DNA of 64,000 nt from Opitutales bacterium (GCA_965197745.1 CBDANS010000006.1:32001-96000); one strand, 5' to 3'. Numbered from the stretch's first letter, positions 1 to 10,604 are shown. Translations and numbers: made by a program. Notes: generated from the sequence alone by a model not told the origin.

Positions 1-2
1 CA

Positions 3-1487
3 AATCTTGTCACTTGCATTACCGACGCATTTATGGACAGCATTCCACTCATTGCCATCACCGGGCAAGTTCATCAGTGGAATATTGGTAAAGCGGCATT
101 TCAGGAAACAGATTTTTTCGGCATGACCGTTCCGGTTGTGAAACACAGCTACCTTGTGCTCAATGCCAGCGATATTCCTCGTATCGTCAAAGAGGCATTC
201 CACATTGCAAACACGGGTCGCCCTGGACCTGTGCTTATCGATATCCCAAAAGATGTTCAGCAGGATAGAATTAAACCTACTTTTCCTGCGGAAATAAATC
301 TACCGGGATATCGTGATCCCCCCCGTGCCAGTGACGAGGAGTTAAATGAGATCCTACCTCTTTTAGAAAAAGCAAAGAAACCCGTCATATATTCCGGAGG
401 CGGCATTATTTCCGGAAAGGCGGAAAATGAACTTTTAGCCTTTGCCGAACTCACCGGAATTCCCGTGGCTACCACCCTGATGGGATTGGGCAGTTTTCCA
501 GAAGCCCATCCGCAATCATTACGCTGGTTTGGCATGCACGGCACGGTGGCCGGTAATTGGGCCGTGTGTGAAAGCGATCTGCTCATTGTGGCGGGGGCTC
601 GATTTGACGACCGTGTCACAGGCGCTCCCGCGAGTAAATTTGCCCCCGATGCAACGATCGTGCACATAGACATCGATCAAAGTGAGCACCATAAGAACAA
701 AATTGTGAAATATCCCATTCATTCAGATATTAAATATGCCCTCGGGCGTCTGCATGAATTAGCGCAAAGTAATAATTTTAAAAAACCCGATATCTCCAAA
801 TGGTATACGAAGATAAGTAAATGGCAGAAGAAACATCCTTTTAAATACGAGAAAAGCAAATATATCCTGGCCCAGGAAGCTATTGAGATACTTTACGAAG
901 AGACTAAAGGTGAAGCTATTTTAACAACGGGTGTAGGGCAGCATCAAATGTGGGCTGCGCAGTTCTATCAATTCCATAAATCAAGAAGTTATATCAGTTC
1001 GCTGGGTTTAGGAACCATGGGTTTTGGATTGCCTGCTGCGATTGGAGCTAAAGTGGCGTGTCCCGACCGTGTGGTTATCGATGTGGATGGCGATGGTTCA
1101 TTTCTCATGAATGTGCAGGAACTCGCCACCGCGGTGGTGGAAAAAATCCCAGTAAAAGTATTACTTTTAAACAACCAGCATCTTGGCATGGTCGTACAAT
1201 GGGAGGACTTGCTCTATGAAAGTGTCCGGGCCCAAACGATACTCGGTGATCCAACTAATATCGGCAGTCCCGAAAACAGAAGTGGTCTCTATCCGGACTT
1301 TGTGAAAATGGCTGAAAGCTTTGGTGTTAAGGCGCGCATGGTCATAAAGAAAGATGAGCTGCGCGAGGCTATTCGCGAAATGCTTGATCACGAGGGAACC
1401 TATCTTCTAGACGTTGTGGTTCCCTACACGGAGCATGTCCTCCCCATGATTCAACAGGGGAAATCGGCAAAAGAAATTCTCCTCTGA
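3..1487 (+). CDS. ilvB: Acetolactate synthase large subunit (5'-truncated by window edge)
   Basis: Frame is open from base 3 ([15 protein letters not shown]). Contains [32 protein letters not shown] and the ThDP motif GDGSF...NN. Confidence 0.95.
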   Translation, partial: NLVTCITDAFMDSIPLIAITGQVHQWNIGKAAFQETDFFGMTVPVVKHSYLVLNASDIPRIVKEAFHIANTGRPGPVLIDIPKDVQQDRIKPTFPAEINLPGYRDPPRASDEELNEILPLLEKAKKPVIYSGGGIISGKAENELLAFAELTGIPVATTLMGLGSFPEAHPQSLRWFGMHGTVAGNWAVCESDLLIVAGARFDDRVTGAPASKFAPDATIVHIDIDQSEHHKNKIVKYPIHSDIKYALGRLHELAQSNNFKKPDISKWYTKISKWQKKHPFKYEKSKYILAQEAIEILYEETKGEAILTTGVGQHQMWAAQFYQFHKSRSYISSLGLGTMGFGLPAAIGAKVACPDRVVIDVDGDGSFLMNVQELATAVVEKIPVKVLLLNNQHLGMVVQWEDLLYESVRAQTILGDPTNIGSPENRSGLYPDFVKMAESFGVKARMVIKKDELREAIREMLDHEGTYLLDVVVPYTEHVLPMIQQGKSAKEILL

Positions 1488-1515
1488 TATAATTTAAATC
1501 TTAAACAAATTTATT

Positions 1516-1548
1516 AAAAGCCTCCATGTTTCGTGGAGGCTTTTTTTT
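1516..1548 (+). terminator. Intrinsic terminator after ilvB
   Basis: AAAAGCCTCCA-tgtttcg-TGGAGGCTTTT followed by a T run. Confidence 0.9.
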
Positions 1549-1672
1549 GGAAACCAGTTATATCAACCCCATGCCTTTGACCTTTAAGAGAAGACGACCC
1601 CATAAAGAGTCTTTCATTTTTTCATTGTCTTTATCGGTCAGGATTCCCATAAGCCAATATTCAATACCCGGT

Positions 1673-3562
1673 ATGCAGTTTTTCTTAATACTCATTATTC
1701 TATTCTTAGAACTGACCACGATAAATTGTCACTCAGTCAGGGGAGCGATCGGAGACCCAGGTGAGGTCGAAGCTTTTTTCGATGAATGGTTAGTGGAGAA
1801 AATGGAGAGTAATCACGTGCCTGGCGCGGTTGTCGCGGTTGTCAAAGACGGTAAAACAACCTTGCTTAAAGGCTATGGCTACGCCGACTTGAAAGAACAA
1901 AAGACGATGGATCCGGCAAAGACCTTAATACGCGTAGGATCCATATCCAAGCTGGTGACGGCAACAGCAGCGTTGCAACTTTTTGAACGCAACCTTCTCG
2001 ATCTCAATACTGACGTCAGGGATTATATTGAAGCGGATATTATAGCCGCTTATAACGATTCCATAACAGTCCATCATTTGCTTACGCACACCGGGGGTCT
2101 CGGTGAAAGATTTTACGGGCAAACCGTAAAAGACTCTGCGGATTTACTCCCCCTAGGCTTATTTCTCGGTCAAGAGATGCCGCCACCGCTTGCGGACCCG
2201 GGAGCGGTAATCAATTACTCAAACTACGGCATTTCACTGATCGGTTATGTGGCAGAAAAAATCAGTGGTCAATCGTATGCCACATACGCGCAAGAAAATA
2301 TATTTAAACCATTAGGCATGATAAATACCAATTACATTCCAACACCGGATCGGGATTCTGAAGTGGCGACGGGGTACAATTATGTATTTGGGGGATACCG
2401 GAATTTACCGCGGGGACATTGGAAACCTTATCCAGCATCATCACTGGTTACGACGGCGCAAGATATGGCCCGGTTTATGATTGGTCATTTGAATTATGAT
2501 TCTATGGACGAAACCGGGGGAGAGCGGAAACTTTTTATGCATGCAAAGACCAACCAGTATATGCACCAGGAGCATCACACGCTCAATCCCCATCTCCCCG
2601 GAATAGCCTATGGCTTCTGGATCTACGAGGAAAATGGTCAGCGCGTGCTATGGCATACGGGGCATATGCCGGGACATAGAAGCGCATTAATTCTAATCCC
2701 CGAACACCGATTTGGAATATTTCTGAATTACAACGCAGATCCAAAATTTTTAAACGAATATCTAAGCGCTTTACTGCAGCGTATTTTTCCCGCTGAGAGA
2801 GCGGAGATTCAAACCTCAAATAAAAGTAGCGACGGATTCAATGCATCTCTTTACACGGGAAGTTACCGTCATAATTGGTACCCGCGAACATCACCGGGTA
2901 AAGCATGTGCATTAGTAGGCATTCAAGGGAAGGAGATTAAAGTTAAAAACGCGGGGAATGGAGCGTTGTTCATCGACGGCATACTCAGTCTCCCAATCGG
3001 AACGAGCCTCTTCAAACAGATAACAAATAATAAAAGTGTGGCTTTTATTCAGGGTGATGAAGATGGGTCTGCCCATCTCTATTTTGGAGGCGTAGAAGTA
3101 TATAATAAAATTAAATGGTTTGAAACCGTGTGGTTTCACCGTGGCCTGATAGCAGGTTTAATCCTTTTCTTCGCCTTTTCTGCCCTGATATTTTTTATTT
3201 TAATTATAAAATCTCGGAAACAAAAAGATGAAAAGGGTAATTCGCCCACACCGACAGGCGTCTGGCAATTTGCATTTCTCGTGGCGGCATTCCCTGTAGT
3301 TTTTTTCGTCGGAATATTTGTTCTCACTTCTTTTGGCGCATACAAGATGGTCGAAGAAATGCCCAAAGTGTTATATGTGATACTGAGCGTTCCATTTTTT
3401 AATTTTGCCGCTTGCGCCGGTCTTATCTATCAGTCTGCTAAAATGTGGACGAACACCCGTTTTAGAAGGGGTGAAAAAACTTTGGTCATGCTCATATTAA
3501 TCAGTTCCCTGGTTTTTGCCTGGGGACTCGATCACTGGAATTATTTAGGTTATCACTTTTAA
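1673..3562 (+). CDS. Serine hydrolase (class C beta-lactamase/PBP-like fold) with C-terminal TM helices
   Basis: SxxK (GSISK), LLTHTGG, YSN and HTG motifs. Signal-like MQFFLILII at 1673; the 1526 start lies inside the ilvB terminator. About 4 hydrophobic helices at the C-terminus. Confidence 0.85.
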   Translation: MQFFLILIILFLELTTINCHSVRGAIGDPGEVEAFFDEWLVEKMESNHVPGAVVAVVKDGKTTLLKGYGYADLKEQKTMDPAKTLIRVGSISKLVTATAALQLFERNLLDLNTDVRDYIEADIIAAYNDSITVHHLLTHTGGLGERFYGQTVKDSADLLPLGLFLGQEMPPPLADPGAVINYSNYGISLIGYVAEKISGQSYATYAQENIFKPLGMINTNYIPTPDRDSEVATGYNYVFGGYRNLPRGHWKPYPASSLVTTAQDMARFMIGHLNYDSMDETGGERKLFMHAKTNQYMHQEHHTLNPHLPGIAYGFWIYEENGQRVLWHTGHMPGHRSALILIPEHRFGIFLNYNADPKFLNEYLSALLQRIFPAERAEIQTSNKSSDGFNASLYTGSYRHNWYPRTSPGKACALVGIQGKEIKVKNAGNGALFIDGILSLPIGTSLFKQITNNKSVAFIQGDEDGSAHLYFGGVEVYNKIKWFETVWFHRGLIAGLILFFAFSALIFFILIIKSRKQKDEKGNSPTPTGVWQFAFLVAAFPVVFFVGIFVLTSFGAYKMVEEMPKVLYVILSVPFFNFAACAGLIYQSAKMWTNTRFRRGEKTLVMLILISSLVFAWGLDHWNYLGYHF

Positions 3563-3620
3563 ATAATTTATGGCATGGGTCCGGCTCATCGATTGAAAAG
3601 ACGATTATCTCAGGTGATGA

Positions 3621-4376
3621 TTAATTATCCATGATTAAAATTTGGGGTGTCTCAACCTCCTCATCCAAGAGTCGATATTGTAATTCAATTGCTCCATCCA
3701 AAGCCGGGGGAAAGAAAAAGAGGAGGTAACGGTGACTGCGTTCGAAATTTAAGGGAAGATTAAATCCAGGAACCATTTTCCCGTTGATCTTATACCAAAG
3801 GGTAACAGGCAATTTATTACGCACGCTCAATGGTAACGATGGTCCAATCTTCAACTTTACTTTTTCCGGGCCCATTAATCCTTCCAATAAATGCCCTGAT
3901 AGATTGTAGACCACCATCGAATTATTCGGCAGATTTAACGCACTGTCATCAAAAACATTAATTTTAAATTCCGAATAATTTTTCCCGCTCTCAGCATTTC
4001 TTATAAAAACGAAGAGGGGGCTTTTCATGGTGGGAGGCACCGCTATTGATCCCACCTGTTTTTTTATTTTCTTAACACTGTCCAGTGGATCGATTTCATA
4101 ACGGTAAAAGATAATGGGATCACTCCCTAAATATTGGTAATAAGGTGATCGCGTAACGGTGTAGAAGCGCAGGGGAATCGGCTCAATGGTTAAGTGCTTA
4201 TTCTTATGGGAAGATTTTATAGAGTAAGTATCGAAATAAATACCGCGGAGCTTTTTATAGGCATATACCCTGAACGTGAGCTCTCGGTATAGCTGCGTAT
4301 CACCTTGACCTGAAGCGACCAAGGGAGAAACGCTTAAAATCAGCTGCAGTGTCAGATATCCGACCAATTTAGCCAA
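3621..4376 (-). CDS. Hypothetical exported protein, coupled to the PilX-like gene
   Basis: 251-aa ORF with a hydrophobic N-terminus; overlaps the 3' end of 4352..7321 by 25 nt. Confidence 0.65.
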   Translation of the reverse strand: MAKLVGYLTLQLILSVSPLVASGQGDTQLYRELTFRVYAYKKLRGIYFDTYSIKSSHKNKHLTIEPIPLRFYTVTRSPYYQYLGSDPIIFYRYEIDPLDSVKKIKKQVGSIAVPPTMKSPLFVFIRNAESGKNYSEFKINVFDDSALNLPNNSMVVYNLSGHLLEGLMGPEKVKLKIGPSLPLSVRNKLPVTLWYKINGKMVPGFNLPLNFERSHRYLLFFFPPALDGAIELQYRLLDEEVETPQILIMDN

Positions 4377-7321
4377 CGGAATTGAATTATATGAAAGCGA
4401 CGTCCGAACCTGTCGGGGGACGGAGCAACAATGTTATCATGTGTATTGACCGTTTCAGGCAGGCGCTGTACTAAGGCCTCGCACCAGGCACGCCCCTCGG
4501 TAACAGGTTGTCCTTCACGATCACGCGTAACTGGATTGAGAATATCTCCATAAGCTCTGATCAGAAAGGTGTCAGAGCGAACAGTAATAAAGGGAGCGAT
4601 AGCGGTAATAATATCTGCCTGTGAAAGATCGTAGGAGGAAAATTTATCAATATCAACGATGTCACCTTCTACCTGCCACAATCCAATGTCATCGATGTCC
4701 GCAATGGCCGCTTCAATCACACTCATCTCATTTGAGTTTGACTCATCCAATGGACCGATAAATTCACCCAGAGTACGAAAAGGCAACCCTTTGGATCCCT
4801 TTATGCGCAATCGCTCAACAATCCCCTCGGCTAATTTATCGACTTCATTAGAAGACAGTCCTCTCAACCCCCGACGATAAATTTTTGTGGGAAAAACTGT
4901 GGCGCCCGTATCATAAGGATCCTGCTCAACATCAGGCGCATTATAGGTCTCTTGGGCGCTTTGTGACAAACGCAAATAAGAAGCAGCAAGATCTATAGTA
5001 GAGGTGCTTTGAGGTGTCGCGTTTTTATTGTCTAACTCAAGAAAATTCCAGTTTTTAATTTTCAAAGAATTTAATACTGATTTCCACGCTTGTATTGAAG
5101 TCGAGTTAACATTAAATGCACCTTCGATGAGAAAGTAACGCCCGGACCCCGTCCCGGATAAAATAATTTCATTCAAACCCGGTAAAGTCATTGGATTATT
5201 CCCATGAAGAATGAGCCAGGGATTTGGGAGAGGAAGCTTTGGATCAAAGTTTGTATAATCTCCGTTGCGTGGAAAAACGGAGAGGAAATACAGATCGAAA
5301 ATACTTCTCCAACGTTTGGAGCTCCATCGGTTACCTATGGAGAACGGTCTTTCACCCGAAATGAAAAGATGCTGCAATGATCCCAGGGAAAAGGAGTCCT
5401 GACGCGGCAGTTCAAAGAGTGGAATATTCTCAGAAGGTTGACGGAAGTTAGGGCCAGAGCGACGATCAAATATGTGAGAGGGTGCCGAAGTCTTCACATT
5501 CACGCCGCCGAATAGTTCCGGTTCCGCGGGGGTAACACCCTGGACGCTGGTGAAGGCTGATGAACTTAAGACCGGATCGCGGGGATCATGGTCGGCAAGC
5601 CACTGGCCCCGGCGGTTAACCGGATGCACGTGGCTGTCAATGGGTTCTTTCAACCTGAAGTGAAAACCGAAATTCATAGGCTTATGCCAGTGTTTGTAAG
5701 GAGCAACATCGATTTTGGAAAAGCGAATATCACGGTAATCCGCAAGCAGCGCTCGCTCATTTTCAGATAACCTGAGAGACAGTTTCAGATTGAGTGAAGT
5801 CTGCTCCGTATTCGATATTTCAAAACGCGTATCATTGCTGGTTTTACTGCGTATGGGCCCGTTCGCCGATTTGCTGGTATCGAGCCCATTGGCCTTACCC
5901 ATCGTAATTGCATTCAGATTCCACCTTCGTGAATCAAAGTTAGCCACAGGGGCTCCAGCCCAATTGAATATACGCCCCGGTAGCCAGCGTTCCTCGGCAG
6001 GAAACGGCAGACGAATGACCAGCGGATTATCTGGCTTAGATGAATCACCAAATAATCTCTGCAAATTAATACTGGTATTTCCCCCATTAGAGTCGACAAC
6101 AGAAATCACCGGTAATCCTGTAACCGCCAATTCGAGATCGCCCGCATTAAGCAGCCCAAGGAGGATTTCACTGGTGTAAGGATTCCACAATTCGAACAGG
6201 CATCTCAATCTCGCGAGTATTTTCGCAGATTTAATATCACTTCGAATATTGTTCTGAAAGAGCGCTTCGGTAAGGACCGGTGAGACTGTATGCAGAATTT
6301 CACCCATTTGAGTTATGTCAGAATCAAAGGGAGTGATGTAGTAATGTCTTACGGGGAGTGTAGACTCGCTCTTTTCTATTATATTGTGCTGGTACCGGTG
6401 AAAATCCAGGTAGCTTTCGAAACCTGAGCCAAGCAGAAAAGGTTGCAGGGAAAGATCTCTTTTCAGGCCCGCATCCGGACCCGTCAAAGTATTAGCGAGG
6501 ACACCAAAAGCCACGGTTGTCAGATCATGAAAATACTGATTTGTAATCTCACCAACGTTTGAATTCGCTTCATTTACTAAACCAGTGATAAGCTGCAGTT
6601 GCGACAACGAATGAATTCTTCGAAGGTTTGAATTAACTGATTCATAACCCTCACTCAACGGATTAAGCCCGGGAAATAATACTTCGCCACCTGTCTTCCA
6701 GGGTCCCAATTGACGATTATGAACCCGTTCCTCTTTATCACGATAGTTGATGACCACACCGCTACGGTTAATTTTCGCGATGCTCGCTTTTATGCTTTCA
6801 TCAGAAACCCAGAAGGCATAATGACCTCGTGTTTCGAGGCCGGAATCAACTTCCTTCGAGTTTGTACTGACAAATAAGGGTTCGCGTGGCAGGGTGATAA
6901 TTTCTGATGCGGTGTTTTTTCCCACCAGAACAATTTTATCTGCAACGGCCACTGAAGGATCAGGGTTTTTTCCAGATACCAGCCAGGTGACATCACCATA
7001 ATCAGGCGATTGGGTATCGACATTCCAAACTCCCGACCAGAATGGATTAACACTGTCATTCGTCAGGAAATCTGCGCGCGCGGTCACCCGCTGGTCGGGA
7101 CCTGCATGCCGTTGAATTTTACCTATGGCCAGGCGTAAAGCAAAGAGAGCGTTATCCCTGGCCTGTTTTTGATATAATCGCGTCTGTGTAGCACCGGTTT
7201 CTACACGACCGAGAGTGGACATGCTCAGAAATATGAGCACCAATAGGGCAGTCAGAGAGAGAATAATGACAAGAGCGAAGCCGCGTTTATTAATACTGGC
7301 TTTGGCTCTGTATTCCGTCAT
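4352..7321 (-). CDS. Large PilX/GspK-like minor (pseudo)pilin-type protein, resembling the Verru_Chthon cassette A family
   Basis: Type IV prepilin-like KRG|FALVIILSL, QARxNA and GPDQRVTARAD at the N-terminus. C-terminal TVRSDTFLIRAYG...AWCEALVQR...FGRRF...FRWL. Confidence 0.75.
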   Translation of the reverse strand: MTEYRAKASINKRGFALVIILSLTALLVLIFLSMSTLGRVETGATQTRLYQKQARDNALFALRLAIGKIQRHAGPDQRVTARADFLTNDSVNPFWSGVWNVDTQSPDYGDVTWLVSGKNPDPSVAVADKIVLVGKNTASEIITLPREPLFVSTNSKEVDSGLETRGHYAFWVSDESIKASIAKINRSGVVINYRDKEERVHNRQLGPWKTGGEVLFPGLNPLSEGYESVNSNLRRIHSLSQLQLITGLVNEANSNVGEITNQYFHDLTTVAFGVLANTLTGPDAGLKRDLSLQPFLLGSGFESYLDFHRYQHNIIEKSESTLPVRHYYITPFDSDITQMGEILHTVSPVLTEALFQNNIRSDIKSAKILARLRCLFELWNPYTSEILLGLLNAGDLELAVTGLPVISVVDSNGGNTSINLQRLFGDSSKPDNPLVIRLPFPAEERWLPGRIFNWAGAPVANFDSRRWNLNAITMGKANGLDTSKSANGPIRSKTSNDTRFEISNTEQTSLNLKLSLRLSENERALLADYRDIRFSKIDVAPYKHWHKPMNFGFHFRLKEPIDSHVHPVNRRGQWLADHDPRDPVLSSSAFTSVQGVTPAEPELFGGVNVKTSAPSHIFDRRSGPNFRQPSENIPLFELPRQDSFSLGSLQHLFISGERPFSIGNRWSSKRWRSIFDLYFLSVFPRNGDYTNFDPKLPLPNPWLILHGNNPMTLPGLNEIILSGTGSGRYFLIEGAFNVNSTSIQAWKSVLNSLKIKNWNFLELDNKNATPQSTSTIDLAASYLRLSQSAQETYNAPDVEQDPYDTGATVFPTKIYRRGLRGLSSNEVDKLAEGIVERLRIKGSKGLPFRTLGEFIGPLDESNSNEMSVIEAAIADIDDIGLWQVEGDIVDIDKFSSYDLSQADIITAIAPFITVRSDTFLIRAYGDILNPVTRDREGQPVTEGRAWCEALVQRLPETVNTHDNIVAPSPDRFGRRFHIIQFRWLNWSDI

Positions 7322-7546
7322 GCCTTAGGATAAACCTGACATTATATATTGGTGATCGTATCTATATAACGGAATAATACACACGTCACTTAAACGGGGG
7401 ACACTCCTTTTAACCGATCAATCGGAAATCCAGTAGCGTGTTATTTTATGCTCCAGTGATCAGATCAATGATCCTAACCTGCTACCGCAATTTATGGCCC
7501 GCAACAGGCAGCTCGAGAAACCCTGGTAGAGTAATCAGTAAACAAC

Positions 7547-8443
7547 CTAATTACTACCACCAGTGCCGGGAGTAATGTCTGGCTGATCCGATGGAGGTTG
7601 GACTGCTCCTCCGTCGCCATCGCCGTCTCCGTCGCCATCTCCATCTCCATCTCCATCGCCGTCTCCATCGCCGTCTCCATCTCCATCGCCGTCACCGTCT
7701 CCATCGCCAAACGACTCTAAAATCGCTTCTTCAAATGCTTCAAGCACTGCTTCCGCGGCTTCTCCGCTTTCGTTTACTGCTTCAGTCACGGCATCCGCTA
7801 CTTCAGCAGTAGCTTCTACCGTTGTACCATCATCTGATTGAAAGGTCAGGCCACTGCCAACGTCGGTAATGATTCCTTGTATATTCGTAAATCCGGTTCC
7901 ATCGAAGAAGGTTGCCTGGAAACCTGTTACATTCCCCGCAGCATCCATGATTAATACTAAATCGATAAGGGTTCCACGGATACCTGCAATTCCAGTTGGC
8001 GTTTCAATTTCAAAGAGTGACCCTCGATCTGTATTGAGCTTTTTAATACTGCCGACCAGATGACCGCTATCAAGCGTCAACCTGGTTTGAGACATGCTGG
8101 GTTCCTCGTCAGCACCCGTAATTTCTGAAGGATCCACTTCAAAGGGTTCCTGTAAAAACTGTTTGACCGATACTTTCGTTTTTTCCTGCAGGTTGACTGT
8201 TGAACCATTAGAGAAAAGAAGAATGGCGGATGAATTTTCCATCGTTTCCACCACTGCTCCCTAGGACAGTCTCATCCCATTATTCGCCACTTGTGCAGGT
8301 GCTTCAGGGCTTGTTTGATAAATAACTTCACCCTCAACACTGGCAATAATAATAATAACGCCTTCCTGCTGGGCAGTAGCCTGGAGCAAAAAGATAAGGG
8401 AAGAAAAAAAGACAAAAAGGAGTAAGGAGAATGATCGGTTCAT
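7547..8443 (-). pseudogene. FecR-domain exported protein with (GD)16 tail, interrupted by one in-frame TAG at 8261-8263
   Basis: ORFs 8261..8443 and 7547..8254 share a frame and read GMRLS*GAVVETMENSSAILLFSNGS...ETPTGIAGIRGT, which are FecR-like motifs. The signal peptide lies in the upstream part. Confidence 0.8.
7613..7708 (-). repeat. 16 x 6-nt coding tandem repeat encoding (Gly-Asp)16
   Basis: Units RTCDCC on the + strand (gtcgcc/atcgcc/gtctcc/atctcc/gtcacc), varying only at synonymous positions. Confidence 0.95.
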
Positions 8444-8470
8444 ACAGCGTTCAGGTAGAGCTAAAAGATT

Positions 8471-10390
8471 TTACGGCGATTTCAATTTGTTCCTTAATCT
8501 TATCGCAAGCTTATGACTGTAGTCAAGCTCAATCGCCCGCTCTAAGGCTTCTACGGCCTCTTTTCGTGCTGACTTTTTAAAGCCGAGTACCGCGCCGTAA
8601 TAATACCAGGCATCAGCTTTATTAGGCGCGAGGGCAATGGCCTTTTCAAAAGAGGGGCGAATTTCATTTAACGGTCTGCCCTGCAAGTTCAAAGACAATC
8701 CATAGTAGGCATGGGATGACCAAATCTGATCGGTAATTGCCAATGCTTTCTCTATTTTCTGTTCAGCGTCCTGGCCGATGTTCTTATAATTTTCAGGAGC
8801 TATATAATAAGTCTGCAATGTGGCCAGTCCGAGATCGCTCCAGGCATAGGCATTGTGGGGATCCCACTTTGTGCTCTCTTCAAAAGCGCGTATGGTTTCA
8901 TCGAGGTAGGCATTGTCCAATTTCATGCTGTCGAAATTATCAAAAAATTTATTCAATCGCTCACGAGCGACAAAATAACGTTCCGCGCTTTTAAATGACT
9001 TCATTCCCTCCCACCCCAGGCAGAAGCCAAGCATGAGGGTGAAGACAAACCACAAACCTGGTCCCCATCGTTTCCCCGGCAGGTTCCAACTGGAGGTGGA
9101 GGAGAACTTAACGATCAGACCATAAAAGGATGCGACAACGAGGAGAAGCGCGAGTATTTTGAGATGGAAGTCGACGAAAAGATGAATGGAAAAGCCCATA
9201 ACTCCCGGCAGTAATCCAGCGATGAGCAATTGGGACGTGTTAGTCACCCGTTCCTTTGATTCCCCAGTATGAGCCAGTTTGGGTTGATTTCTCCAGACTG
9301 TCCATGCGCGCCAGAGAAGGTAGAGAGCGGGGCAAAAAAGCAGCGTAAAACCGAGGATACCGTAATCACTTAAGGTATTCAGATAATCATTATGGGTATG
9401 CCGGGCGCGGAGCTGGAGGGACTCCGGGCGGTAACTTTCGAAATAGTGATCAAAACTGGCAGCACCGCTCCCGGTGAGGGGATACTCTTTAAAAATCTCC
9501 CAGGAAGCCTGCCAAAGGATTTTTCGTGACGATTCACCCATCTGGTCAACCATGGTATCCACACGTTCACGATAAGTATCGACGAAAAAATAGACCGCGA
9601 GAAAAAGGACGACCCCGCTGATAATGATAGCCAGGAAAAACTTTATTCGGTCGATGGCTCGCCTCGTAAAAAAATACGGCATCACCAGGAGAGCACCAAT
9701 AAATCCAATGGACCCCCCTCGACTGCCAGTGATAACAATTCCACCACAAAACATTAGTACCAAATAGATGCATAGAATGCGAAAATTGAGGGACTTTTTT
9801 GGCGCAACCCCGACAGCCAGTAGTAGAGGAATAATTAATAGCAACAAGGCAGCCAGGCTATTAGGAATACCAAAAGTACCGGAAGCGCGGCCTTCATAAT
9901 TGACGACTTGCTTGCGGCCCATCGGCAACCAGTCTGAATGACTGAAATACTGGTAGTAAGCAACAAATACAGAAATAAATGCCAGGGCTACCAGAGAGAT
10001 AAGAAAAAACCATAAGTATTCTTTACGCCGCACATTATGTAGAACAACCCAGTAGACGACCATGCCCTGACACCCGAGAAGCAATTCGCGCTTGGCCAGC
10101 CATGAAACAGGTGTGAGAAAGCTGTAACTGATGTATAAATATATAAGAAAGGGCAGAAAAATCAGGCCCAGGGGATTAAAGCTCAGCCCCTCAGTACGTC
10201 TTGATAATCCCCAGAGGCCATGCAGGGCAAGTAAACCCCCCGTCATCCAGCAACTTACTATTTGAACAGCGGGATGATAGCCTCCCAAATGCCAGATATT
10301 GTACCCGAGGATAATGACGGTAATGAGGGTGATCAGCCTATCAAGGATGCCGCTCGCATGGGAGCGGTTTAAATGTACGAAATTATACAA
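8471..10390 (-). CDS. O-antigen ligase/Wzy_C family membrane protein with C-terminal TPRs (possible protein O-oligosaccharyltransferase)
   Basis: Many TM helices; RASGTFGIPNSLA, TGSRGG, GSGAASF and HTHNDYL motifs; TPR-like C-terminus. Start uncertain. Confidence 0.85.
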   Translation of the reverse strand: MYNFVHLNRSHASGILDRLITLITVIILGYNIWHLGGYHPAVQIVSCWMTGGLLALHGLWGLSRRTEGLSFNPLGLIFLPFLIYLYISYSFLTPVSWLAKRELLLGCQGMVVYWVVLHNVRRKEYLWFFLISLVALAFISVFVAYYQYFSHSDWLPMGRKQVVNYEGRASGTFGIPNSLAALLLLIIPLLLAVGVAPKKSLNFRILCIYLVLMFCGGIVITGSRGGSIGFIGALLVMPYFFTRRAIDRIKFFLAIIISGVVLFLAVYFFVDTYRERVDTMVDQMGESSRKILWQASWEIFKEYPLTGSGAASFDHYFESYRPESLQLRARHTHNDYLNTLSDYGILGFTLLFCPALYLLWRAWTVWRNQPKLAHTGESKERVTNTSQLLIAGLLPGVMGFSIHLFVDFHLKILALLLVVASFYGLIVKFSSTSSWNLPGKRWGPGLWFVFTLMLGFCLGWEGMKSFKSAERYFVARERLNKFFDNFDSMKLDNAYLDETIRAFEESTKWDPHNAYAWSDLGLATLQTYYIAPENYKNIGQDAEQKIEKALAITDQIWSSHAYYGLSLNLQGRPLNEIRPSFEKAIALAPNKADAWYYYGAVLGFKKSARKEAVEALERAIELDYSHKLAIRLRNKLKSP

Positions 10391-10411
10391 ACGAGAATAT
10401 TGCAGGATTTC

Positions 10412-10428
10412 TTGGCATTTAAATTGCT
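10412..10428 (+). promoter_or_regulatory. Sigma-54 (-24/-12) promoter of glnA
   Basis: TTGGCATTTAAATTGCT matches TGGCAY-N5-TTGCW with exact GG-N10-GC spacing, about 180 nt upstream of glnA. Confidence 0.8.
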
Positions 10429-10604
10429 CCTGTAATTTTACATCAAATTGTCCCTATTTATGTTTGACTGATTTCACAAATACCTTGCAAGTATCAAAAC
10501 CTCATCCCGAAGAGGAGGATGAGAATTTATTTTTATTTACAACGAATACCAACTATTGAATCTTCAAAAATAACTTGAGAACCAAAACTAAGAGGAGGAC
10601 ATAA

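Noticed and set aside
1526..1672. Extended N-termini in the ORF track (also at 16534, 33471, 38890, 47708, 48342 and 61114)
   Set aside because: They overlap terminators or neighbouring genes; downstream ATGs give proper signal peptides or family starts
7613..7708. CRISPR array or phase-variation switch
   Set aside because: Hexamer units with no spacers, and unit changes keep the frame
7591..7812. His/Arg-rich ORF (RRHRRLRRHLHLHLH) and the METAMET ORF 7492..7710
   Set aside because: Antisense and alternative-frame shadows of the (GD)16 repeat; the variation is synonymous only in the GD frame
8261..8263. Pyrrolysine or genome-wide amber recoding
   Set aside because: TAG terminates several well-defined genes here at expected lengths, and no pyl genes are in the window
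10440..10604. glnA (glutamine) riboswitch
   Set aside because: The aptamer consensus was not recognised; only a simple hairpin is visible
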